Below are positions 41,448-53,009 of a stretch of DNA of 61,563 bases, in pieces (the first letter of the stretch is position 1; every line of letters begins with the position of its first letter). The notes under the pieces are model-generated. The model saw nothing but the letters and a program-made list of their open reading frames with translations, was not told the DNA's origin and made no database searches. The translations under genes were made by a program, and so were the position numbers. Origin of the DNA: Geosiphon pyriformis uo1 (taxonomy: Eukaryota; Fungi; Glomeromycota); assembly GCA_016748015.1 (NCBI GenBank), contig JAAOMT010000275.1, positions 385,124-446,686 of the forward strand, in the 5' to 3' direction.

Positions 41448-41686
41448 TGTTGTCTTAACTGGCTCGAGTGGCTGGTCACGTGTAGAAAGTGCATGATTCA
41501 TACTTAGTTTAGATCATTTCTTTGATGTATAGTTCTAAGTTGCATTTGGACTTCACTTGTTAAATAATAATAATAATAAAAAAATATTAATATTTTTAAT
41601 AAATGTAATTTTTAAAAAAAAGTATAAAACTATTTTAATAAATTTAAATAAACAAAAAAAAAACAACTAAATATACAGTTTTAAAA

Positions 41687-44600
41687 TATTATTATTATTA
41701 TATTTAATAAATATAATCTAATTACTATCTAAAAGTTAAAAACAAATTAAGTGTTCTAATACTAAATATAATTTATGTATTTTTTACATATAACTAAATA
41801 TTCAAATTAGTTTAGACTATACTATATTGATATCTTAAAAGAAAACTTATTTAAAGATGATATTTTCTAAATAATCTCAAATAATACAGTATTATTACTA
41901 ACTAATCTAACCAATTATTTAGTTGTTTTTAAATCATTAAACTTGACACTAATAAATTTATGTTTTTATAATAATATCAAGTTAAAAAACATGTTATCAT
42001 TAATAATAGATAGACTTATATAAAGACCAAACATATCAATATTTTTATAACTATACTTAGTTTTCAATACAATTATTTTTTGTTCCAACTTACTAATTGT
42101 TTTGCTAAAAGTATTTATATATATTAAAAGCTTATTAATCTTAAGGCCAAGTGCACTATTGAAACCAAATTACTATTAATAAATTGTTTAAACACAGTAA
42201 TCAAAAATCTAACTGGCTTAATAATAGATTTAACCAAAGTAAAAAGCTTGGCCAAGTTAAACTTTAAAAAAGCCAACTAAAAAAAAACTGCAAAAACATC
42301 AACCAATATATCAATAAAAAAAGCAAAGCCAACTAAAAGACTAGAAATTAAAAAAGACACAAAAACAGCAGTCTTAATATAAAACTTAATACCAACAAAA
42401 TAAAACATAAAAGCTCTAAGATTTTTGAAAGAAGAAAATGAAAAATTTTATAATTAATAGTCAAATAGTCTAAGTTTTGACACCTAAAACAATATTAGCA
42501 TTTAGGAATTTTCTATCAAATACAATATTTTTTTAAGATATCAATTTTAATAATAGCAGCATTTAAATTATTCTGTGAGCCAAATATAACCAGAACAAAC
42601 TGGAAACAATGATCAGAATTAGATAAACAAGAAATAAAACACATTTAACTATTAACTTGAGAAATCATATTATTGATTTTATAGGCAGTACAGCCAAAAA
42701 AAAATTAATTAACTTGGCTTTAACTTATTATAAAACAGAATAATTTTATTTTAATTCATAAGAAAAAAAATTCCAATATTATTTTTGTTCAATAAAACTG
42801 AATAATAATTCAAAACAAATATTACAGCATCTAAAGTCTTAAAGTAAACCACTACATATTGCCAAATGCCAACTGGTTTTAACACAACACAAAAAATCTT
42901 ATCAAACACACTAAAAACTGTCTTAATATTAATAACAAATATACTTAAAGGTATATTATACAACATAATAGCAGCAAAAAAAGAATTAAACTCAAAAACC
43001 ACTAAAGACTAGGTAATTTTAAGAGTGGTCAAGTAAACAGAGCTTGTAAATTTAACTAGAAACACAGTTTTTAAAAATTTTTGTAAAATAAATTTCATAT
43101 AAAAGAGCTTTATATTGTCTTTTAATACTAATTTTGCATTCAAAAAATCATGTATAGACTGAAAAACAATCTTAACATTGTTATTTATAAAAATTTAAAA
43201 ATTTTTAAGGATATAAAAATAGCTAATTAGAAACAGACATAATAAAAAAAAATTTCAGAATTTTTCTTGAGAAATTACAAGATTTCAGAAATTCTAGAAT
43301 TTTTGGTTAGAAGAATTAAAAAAATTCAAGAAATCTTATATAACATAAATTATATATATATAACAAGAGTATTAAAAGCAAAAAAAGTAATTTCTAGAAA
43401 ATTCAGTTCAGATTAATACCAACAATCAATTAATTATCCAATAATTTTTTTTTTAAAAATAATTTCTATAACTTAAAGCAGAATTAAATCACATATTAAT
43501 AAAATATTAATTATTATCTGAATTCATGTTATTATCATTTGATTAAAAAAGTTAATTACTTCTATTCTATTAACATTCCATGTTAATAAAATTTATTACT
43601 TAACCACACTAGATTAATAGCTCTTGATTATAATTATTGACAGAATACTAATTTTTTATTTTTTTTTTATTTTTTTTATTTTTTTATTTTATTATTGTTT
43701 ATTAATTAATTAAAAAATTAATGCATAGAATTATTGATATTAAAAAAAATTAGTAAAAGACCCAGAAAACAAAAGTAAAAACTTAGAAATTAAAAATAGT
43801 TTATTAAGAGAAACTAGCCATTAAGCTTTTGGAAGGGTACTAAAACAGCAATTGAATCTCTGTTCATTATACAAAAAACTTAACCAAAACCTTCAGATCA
43901 TGAAAACCTTCAGAAATTACCAATATTATCAAGCTATTAAGCACCAAATTACAGATTTGTTATTTGTATCAACACTTTAAATAATCATCTGTAACAACAT
44001 AAGCCAATTTAATCTTAAAATACCAGAATAAAGGCCATTCATTTAGCAAACTTTTAATAAATAAAAATAATTTTCCAAATACTATTAATGGCAGCATTAA
44101 AAACCAAAAAAAAAATTAAATTAGTTTCTATTTAATCAATTCAGTTTCTAAAAACAGATGATCCAACAAAAGACTATTGTTTTGTTTTTAAAACTGGCAA
44201 TAATCTGCTAAAAGACACCATATTTGATAATACAGCCAATGATTGATCTTGGTTTATCTTAAATAATAAACCAGATAATACAATAGAAATCTTATCTAAA
44301 ATTTTATTAAAAACCACAAAGAAATTTGGTGTAACAATAACAAAGACAAACAACTGCTTCTATTTTTTTAAGTTTTTGGTTTTTTTGATTATTTTTTTTA
44401 AAAAATTATTATTAGAAGCACCAGATATAAAAGCTATAAAAAAGAAAACCAGTTTGTTAACTAGTCTGTTATTAAAAACTTTGGAAAGAGTAAAAACAAC
44501 ACTAGAACTAACTCAAGTATGTCTTTTTAAGAAAATTTTAACTGATAAAAAACCAGCCAAAAATAAAAAAAATATTTTAGTGACTACCAAAGACAGTTTT

Positions 44601-44770
44601 TTACTATTACTAACCAAAAAAAAAGCTTCTAAAACGTTTTGTCTAACTGCTTTTACAACAAAGAAAATTTCTTTGTTTAAAACTTTATAAGATACTAAAA
44701 AAGAAGTATTAGTTACAGCTTTTTTATTTTTTGTTTTAATTGTGGTCATAAAATTAAAGAAACAAAGAGT
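41687..44770 (-). mobile_element. Near-complete ORF1-only non-LTR element (copy G), interrupted by a solo LTR
   Basis: ATG at 44749 (MTTIKTKNKKAV...), RRM-like IMLYNIPLSIFVINIKTVFSVFDKI..GIWQYVVVYF, stop at 41822-41824, then a LINE-type 3' UTR and (TAA)n tail at 41687-41700. Colinear with copy C from end to end. Confidence 0.8.
43179..43996 (+). mobile_element. Solo LTR related to the Gypsy element at 52.1 kb, with 4-bp TSD ACAT
   Basis: Starts tgttatttataaaaat and ends tctgtaaca, colinear with LTR 52111-52989. ACAT at 43175-43178 and 43997-44000; removing the LTR restores cttaacataagccaattt, matching the uninterrupted copy C (cttaatataagccaattt). Confidence 0.9.
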
Positions 44771-44975
44771 TTTTTTTAATTTTAAAATATGTGTATAAAT
44801 TATTTTTTTGTAGAATTACAAATACTATTAAATTTTTTTTATTTTATTTTATTAAAGCTTAACAAATAAAGTTCAATCACTATCTAGTACATAGAACCAG
44901 ACTAAGTAGCCCAAACTAAATGCAACTCACATACTTACTACATGTAACTAGTCACTTAGACCAGACAAGACAATA

Positions 44976-47900
44976 CTATATACTTATATGAACATAAACA
45001 TCATTATCCAAACCAGAATAAAAAAGACAAGGCCTCCAATAGCCAAAACTAACAGCAAAAAACTCAACAATACCAAGCATTTTAACCACATCATTTGAAA
45101 AATTAGACACTAAACTACAAAACAAACCTGACACAACACCCATCTTCAACCAAACCAGCCTTCTCCATATCAACTTTGAATTTAGATCTCAGCAGCCAAG
45201 CCCTGGAACAATACAACTCCACCAGATATCTTACAAATTAATAACAGTAAAGACAGCTCTCTTTTTACAATCAAAAATCTCAATGGTCTTAGCTAACCAA
45301 TCTCTAAGCACAAATTTTTTGTACACAACAGCATAAGTTCCAGAATCTACTAAACAAGAAGAGAGTATTCTCAAAATGACAGAAGATGAAGGCAAACCAA
45401 GAACACCTGCCAAAGCAGTCCAATGTGTGGAGGCTTCTGCCAAAATCTTACTCTGAACACCAATATCTTGACTACAAGTAAAAACATGATCTGACAATTC
45501 CACTTTATTATACAACAAATACAGCACACCAGGATAATTTCTATCATACAACTTCTTTCTGACAGTCACAAACAACCATCTATGAATTGCTTTCATTAAG
45601 TAAGTGTGAAGATTGGATGACTTTTAATTTGTAAAACCAGCAAGCAAATATGAGTTTGGATGTCAGACCCTTGTAGTAAGATCCTAATCAATATCTATGA
45701 CAATCGAACCAGAAACTACATTATGATCAGAACCAGCCTCCCATCAAACATGACAAACAGACTGGAAAACATCTTTGACAAAATGGCGAGCATTGCCAGA
45801 AACAGCAGTGTCCTCAGCCATCAAAAAATGCTTATGCACATCTGTCAGCAAATAAAAAGAAGAATCAGCAGTCACACCAGCAGCAGCATCTATCTTATTA
45901 TTATCACAAACCCCAGAATAACTCTTGATCTTAACCCAACAGACTATGAGATCCTTATCTCTAATCAAATTAAAAATATGCCTCTTTTCAATCCAGCATT
46001 TATTGTAGAAATCAGGTATTGCTAACACTACCTTCAATACACATGCATTAATAACTGCTTGGCTGTTGAGATATAAAACTAAGGAACAAAAAAACAGCAT
46101 GCACTTTAGAGACAAAGCAACAGTCTGCAACTCAGTCATAGTAAAAGAGACAAGGCCATGCATCACTATACCAACATTCATGTTCAATGCTAAAAAATAT
46201 GCAGCAGCTTTACTAACCACACTATCAGAGCCAGCATTCCTTAATAAACTATTTGAATAAATTTCAAATAAGCCAGACCAAATCTCATATAAACCATCTC
46301 ATATCTTGGCAAACTCACTAGAATTCAAAATATTTAACTTATCAGGCTAAAGAAAAACAGACAGAACTGGTGGTGAAAAGCTATTACTGTACAGAAACCT
46401 TGATATAACATCAAACTAGCAAAGAACAGAGTCTTTGGGATCTAATCTTTTCTACTAATAGAAGATTTTTTAATTTATGACACAGTTTTTTTTATCAAAG
46501 AGCTTATCACTAAATGCAACACCAAAATGTTTTAAAGACCGAACAGAACTAAGATACAAAGCCTTCTCAAGAATAGATGACATAAAGAAAATACCAAGAC
46601 TATAAAAAGCATTGGGCAACTTGTTTGCCAAGAACAGCTTATTAGCTAAAAAAATCCTAACCACACCAGCCAAAAAATTGTTCACAGGACTAATAAGCAA
46701 CTTAATAAGGAACTGCAAGAGATTTAGGAGAGCCCACCCCAAAACCTGCAAATCCAAGAATTTATAATGAAACAACCAACTAAGAATGCCAGGAGCATTA
46801 GAAAACAAGACTACAGCAGCCAATTTACTCTCTAATTGCACTTGCTTAAAGAACTTCAGACCATAGAATGAAGGATAATGCAAAGCCTCATTAGAGAAAT
46901 CTTGGAGCAAATATCCTTTAGACTTAAGATCCTTTCTGATCATAACATCTCATTTGTTATATACACTTGATAAGACAAAACTAAACTGAGTTATGTAACT
47001 AACAATAGGCTACAAAACAGCCAACACCAAATAAGAGAACTGCTTATCCATAATAGCCTTTTTAAGCACCACATTCACAAAGAAATAGACATTAGCATGA
47101 GTTCTAACCAAACTTGGCTTGAACAATCTCTCAGTTGACAAAAAAATTCCCAGATATCTGTATGCCTTGCCTTTTCTGACCATAGAAATAGGCTGGCCAT
47201 TAATACTCAAAGCAGCAGATTTAATATCCTGATTGATTGAAATAACCACTGTTTTCTTAGTATTAATACAAATGTCATTAATCAAAAAAAATTTACTGGC
47301 AATGTTCAGAGCATATTGCATAAAAGCCAGACAATCTCCAATCCAAATTGTGTCATCCACAAATGCATCTACTGCAAAAAATAAAGACAAACCATCACTA
47401 TTTTCAATTCTGTCAGTTCTTGCCACAAACTTAGTATCAATTCAATAACTACACAAATGTTTATGTCTCTTGACTTCACATAAGAGTGAATTGTAAAAGA
47501 TTCTCCAAAGAAGAGGGAAGAAAACTTCACCTTGGTCCAACCTATTATGTACTCTATAGCCTTCTAAAAGACCAAAACCTGTTATAATCCTATTGAATTT
47601 ATCTGTGTGTATGTTACCAAAGAATTTAATGAACCTATTACACATCTTGATTCTTTTCAAACTAGCCTCCAAGTGATGTCAACCAACCAAGTTATTGCTT
47701 TGCACATATTCTGCAAAACTAGCCAAAGTTCCCAATCCTTTTTCAATGCATTTTCTATTACCAAACCAACCACAAACACAGGAAATTGAGTAGACATATC
47801 CTTCAAAACAGAAAAATTATTGCTCCAAACAACACCAAACTTACTGCATGTAAACAAAATCTTATTGGAAATAATCTTAGAAAGAATTTTTCTGGTGGTT

Positions 47901-49666
47901 TCAATTAAAGCAATAGGCCAAATGTTTGTAAGAATCTCATCCCAGTCATAAGGTTTTGGAATCATTGAAACCCAAGCTCTCTTTCACAAAACAAGAACAT
48001 TTCCAACCATTAAATATGTATTCAATAGTTCTAAAAGACACCTCATTATCTTTTCACTACTACGTTTCTACAGTTTATTAGGAATACCAGACAAGCCAAT
48101 AATTTTGCCATCAGGCAAACCATTAACAACTAAGAGCAGCTTACTTATACTGATTGGACACATCACACCAGAAAAAGCATTATCTTTTACATAATCCAAC
48201 AGTACATATTGGTAGACTCAGAGATCAGGCACTATTGAGGGTACACTCTGCTTCCTTATCCAACTTTCCATAATCCTATCAACATTGAGCTTAATCTTTT
48301 CTGGTTCCAAAACCAATTTATCATCCACTACTAAGTGATCCAGGACAATTTTGCAAAAAGACTGATCCAAGATGCTTCTAATCATACCATCTTTGTCAGA
48401 ACAAAATTTTTCCATCCATTTCTCTATCACCTTCCTAATGAACACCTCTTTAGCCAATTTTGATTCAAACATCTTGGATTTTTGATATTTTTTCTTAACC
48501 AGAAACAAATTTTTAAGAATGTTTATAGACCTCCTACTATTCTGAACTATTTTTATAACCATGAGAGCTTTGTCAGCATCCAGAAATGACCACTTTTCAA
48601 TAAGATAATCGAAACCAAGGATATTACTCACACTCAGATACTTAACTATCTTAGCAATTAACAGCTCCAATTCTAAAAACTTAGATGAATGTTTGTTCTT
48701 CAAACACTGAAATTCACTGAACCAATGTTTTGTGAAAATTTCATTAGCTGCACCAACTACCATCTTTTTCAAAACTGTTTACATGGTATTAACATCATCC
48801 CAAATTTTGGCATTAGAGAATATAGTCTCTATTACTAAGAGTTTGGTAGAAAAGCACTTCTTAAATTTCATCTACTTGGTATCATCTACATCTTTAATCT
48901 TGAACTTCCAATGATTTTTATTAGTCTGTTTGTGCAAGCTATTCAAACAAACATCCAAAAGCCCACCTAAGCCAACTGAGACCAATACTGCATTGTAATT
49001 AGTGTCAAAAAAACTAGAAACAGAGCAGATCTGATAACCAGTAATGGCAGACAACAAACTCTTGCTGACAAAAATGTAATCAATAGTTTTCTCAACCTCT
49101 CTAGAGTTGCACCATGTGAGAGTCTTTATTAAACAATGGTCAGTAAACAAATTGACCAATCCCAAATCCAAACAGAACTTAAAGCTTACACTCTTCCCAG
49201 ATCCGTTCTTATTAAAATTTCCACTCAAAACCACAAAAGTGCTAGAGTTGACAGCTTTTGTGATCAGAGAGTTCATAGCTAGAGCTTGACCAAATCTAGT
49301 CTCAGAAGAAGCACCAGTGTACAACCCCAGAATCATAACTGAAATCTTGTCTTTAAATAAAAGCCACACCAAAATAACTTGCCCAGAAATTTTCTTCACT
49401 TTAAACACATGATGGACAAAAAAATTGTTCATAATCACAGCCATTTCAGTACCAAAAAATTCTTTATCTAAACCAGACGTGAAAACACACATACCTTCAA
49501 ACTTATTAGTAATCCAAAGTTTAACACTCGACCACAATTTGGTTTCCATAACAAAAGACATTATACAACCAGAACTCACATGTCAATAAACTACGTTATC
49601 TTGTTTTGCAGAAATATTAATACCACAGACATTGCATGTAGTAAATTTTCAAACCAAATCACTTAT
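44976..49666 (-). pseudogene. LINE ORF2 (APE-RT-RNaseH-CCHC), disrupted
   Basis: FVMETKL, LSGNFN, TIDYIFV, MIPKPYDW, WPIALIET, LDQGEVFFPLLW, AFVDDTIW, MTELQTV, WVKIKSYSG, ELSDHVFTC. Confidence 0.93.
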
Positions 49667-51615
49667 TGAGATGGAGGGGGAGTTAACGAACCCAAATTAA
49701 AACACAAAGAGTCCAATCTTGCTAATACTAAACTAACTGAAACTTCCAAAATTATTATCTTAGGTTTCAAACCACCCACCTTGGTGATAAGAATCTTTGA
49801 GCTGCTTAAACTAAATTCAGAGGAAGCAATTTCAACTACTGGAAGGGAAAGAGAAAAGAGCACCATCACACTATCTACTGCCATATCCGAATTTACAGTC
49901 AAATCCAAGAGAGCAGTAATAGCAAGAGGAAAAATACAAGATATAGATGACATTGACACCAATTTCACAAAGCTCAATTTTCTTAAAATATCAGAAACCT
50001 GATCTGACAAAAGTTCTAAAAAGCACTCCAAAGAAACCATATGATTAGTCAAACAAGAATCACCAAAAGAGTTGGAAGTCATTATAAGGAGTTTTGTACT
50101 TAAAAGTGAACCAGTACCAGAAGGAACTAACAAGACCACATGAAAAAAAAAGCCATCTGCAATTTGAGCCCAAGTTTTTCCACCAAAAGACACTGGGCAG
50201 ACAATCAGAATTTGTTTTTTCTTATAAATATTAGCCAAACAGACCTGATCTTAAGAAGACATCACTCATTTACCATGAATTCTAAAATTCTCACCAACCA
50301 AACACACATTGGAAATATAACCAAATTGTTTACACTTGGTACAACAAGCCAGAAAAAGACCAGTCCAGCACAAATTCACACTCTTAAACACTAAAATAGA
50401 ACCAATAGTAGCCAATTTAGATGCTTTATCAACAAAACACACTATTGTACATCTATTATACACATATGAACTGGAATTATGGCCAATGAAACAAGTTTTT
50501 CTATCATATAATTCTAGCAAACCAGACAAATTATGAGCTGTGGTTCTAACTGAGAGAGTATACAAAAAAATCTGATGATGATCCCTTGTTATTCATAATT
50601 TTTTGTTACTAACAGCCAAAGTCACATGCACCAAATCTTTTTTCATGACAACTAACCATTTGGAAGCAACCAAACTAGCTATATCCAATGACTCAAACTT
50701 CACTAAGGCTTTTTGCCAAAAACCAATCAGTTGTATCTTAATTAAAATAATCTTGCCAAATTTAGAAAAAACAAATTTCACAGCTGATTTAAGAAGATTT
50801 ACTGAAATTTTTTTCACAACAATTTCTTAATTCGTGCATCTGTTTATTTGTTTAACATCATCATTGACCAAAATTTTCTCATTAACTGCCAACTCCTTAG
50901 CCTTTTTTAAACTCATTTCAGAAGTAAATGAAGATCTGATAATCTCTAAGAATATTGAGAAAATGGAGGCTTTCCCAAAACCATCCACTCTGTAAAAAAA
51001 ATTTTTTGTTGAAATTAACTTATTACCAACAGATTTACCAGACACTGCAAAAAGCTTAATATTAAGTATAAAAGATTTGGTCAAATTAAAACTATGTGTA
51101 TCTAAGACACGTGATTTGAATGGCGACATCTGATTGGACTCAGCTTTTGTGTGTAGAGAAAGCTCCAGAACACTATCATTATTACTCATATCATTAAATG
51201 AAGACTGTTTTAACAGGTGTTTCAACACATAAGTATGAGTTTGAGTCTTCTTAGAAGTAGTGTTGCTCATACTCTTATATTCGAATGAAGTATCTGAATC
51301 TGTATAGCTTATTTCCTCCACTATTGTGTTCTTTATGTTTTCAATGTCAGAAAAACTATTAGCACTACTTGCAACACTGCTAATCTCACTACCCCAAGAC
51401 ACTATAGGCTTGACACCAGTACTGATAAAGTCTTCTATGCTTAAAGAGCCAACAAATAAATCAACAGTATCACTAGCAACAGGCTTCTTTGGCTTCTTAT
51501 GAAATGTATTATAGAAGTAAATGCTATCCATATGGTTTTTTTTTGCACTTAAATGGGTCTTTAAACCAGTTGAACCAGTACCAAGCCCTCCAGCAGACAT
51601 GCTTGCTGGCTCCAT
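49663..51615 (-). pseudogene. LINE ORF1, disrupted
   Basis: SAVKFVFSKFGKIILIKIQLIGFWQKALVKF, YTLSVRTTAHNL, CTKCKQFGYISNVC knuckle relic; homologous to ORF1 at 34970-36790. Confidence 0.8.
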
Positions 51616-52110
51616 TACAACGAATATAAGTACATTTGAAAAAATAGCTAATAAAAACAAAAGGAAAGGAGAAAAGGAAAACTACAGCTTTAAAAAAAAA
51701 TTTTTTCACTCTTTTCATAATCAGAAGATCGACAAGAAGAAAAAAAAATTTTATCATTCTTTATTATTAAACTTTTATAATATTATTTAAAAATTTATTA
51801 AACAATATATATTACAATAAAAAAATATTATAAAAAAAAACAAAATAGTTTAATAATATTACAGGTGATTATTTGAGATGTTAAAATAAATAACAAATAA
51901 TTATTAATGATAATAATTTCTAAAGATTTTGGTTAAGTCTTTTATATAATGAACAGAAATTTAATTAATGGTTTTTTTCTATAAATTTTTTTTTAACATA
52001 GTGGCTGGTTTATTTTAATAATTGTGTTCTTTTAGTAAGTTATTTTTAAGTTTTTTATCTTTGTTTCTAGATTTTTTACCAAGTTATTCTTAATATTAAT
52101 TACTTAGTGC

Positions 52111-52989
52111 TGTTACTTATAGAAATATAGGAAATATATTAGCATAATTATTAGCCAATCAGAAGTAAGCATAGTAAATGTGGAATTCCAGGATTTCTCT
52201 CAGGAATTGCAGAATTCCAGGAATTTCAGGATTCTCCAATGAGGAATTGCAGGATTCCAGAATTCCAGAATTTCTCTCAAAGAAATTGCAGAATTCCAGG
52301 AATTCCAGGATTCTTGTCATGAAGAATCGAGAAATTGAGGAATTCCAATTATGTATATATAATGGTAGTATTAGAAACAGAAAAGACAGAATTGATACCA
52401 CAGAATCCTTAGCCAAGAAATAAAATCATCAAATAAATAATTATTCCATATCTCAATTCACTCTCCACTATCAATACTTCATGTTGATAGTAATTGATAC
52501 TTAACCACACTGGAACAATAGCTTTTGATCACAGCTATTGACAAAATACTAAAATTGCCAAACCACTTGGGCTTATTTTTTTTCTTTATTTATTTTCTTT
52601 TATTTCTTTTCTTTATTTTATTTTCTTTCTTTCTTTGATTTTGTTGTTGTATACTAATTGATTAAAGATTAAGCACTGAATTATTGACGTCAAAAATAGC
52701 CTGGTAAAAGACCTAAAAATAAGGGTAGAATTTTATATATTATTGGATAGCTTACCAGAAGGGCACAACTGCCAGACTAAATCCGGCCACCACGCTAAGA
52801 AAGAAATTGGGAAAACAACTTGAGAATACAACCACTATCAACCTTATTGAATCTCTGTTTATTATACAAAGAACTCAACCAAAACCTTCAGATAATAATA
52901 CCTTCAAAACATCATCAACGGAAGTAGCTTTTAAGCACCAAGTTACGAGTTGTTATTTAATTCAACAGCAGAAATAATCCTCTGTAACA
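52111..52989 (+). repeat. 5' LTR (879 bp), termini TGTTAC...GTAACA, internal GGAATTCC-type repeats
   Basis: 6-bp terminal inverted repeat; its first ~230 bp recur at 61359-61563. Confidence 0.95.
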
Positions 52990-52991
52990 TT

Positions 52992-53008
52992 TGGTGCTCC
53001 CTGTGAGG
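52992..53008 (+). promoter_or_regulatory. Primer-binding site TGGTGCTCCCTGTGAGG
   Basis: Starts with TGG 2 nt after the LTR end. Resembles the complement of eukaryotic tRNA-Ile(UAU) or elongator tRNA-Met 3' ends; identity not resolved. Confidence 0.85.
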
Positions 53009-53009
53009 T

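Larger units (their letters stand above)
34825..41581 (+). mobile_element. Full-length LINE (non-LTR retrotransposon) with RNase H, inactivated
   Basis: 5' UTR similar to that of the second LINE, then ORF1, ORF2, 3' UTR and a (TAA)n tail at ~41562-41581. Weak candidate TSD aaatattaa (34816-34824 / 41582-41590). Confidence 0.95.
44833..51752 (-). mobile_element. Second full-length LINE with RNase H (related subfamily), inactivated
   Basis: ORF1 ~51615-49663, ORF2 49666-44976, 3' UTR and A/TAA-rich tail at ~44833-44855; 5' UTR resembles 34828-34900. Confidence 0.95.

Noticed and set aside
39630-41494. Antisense ORFs within the LINEs
   Set aside because: Shadow frames of ORF2; not conserved between the two LINE copies.
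52180-52350. CRISPR-like appearance of short palindromic repeats
   Set aside because: Units are 8-9 bp with no unique spacers, lie inside an LTR, and the context is eukaryotic with no cas genes.
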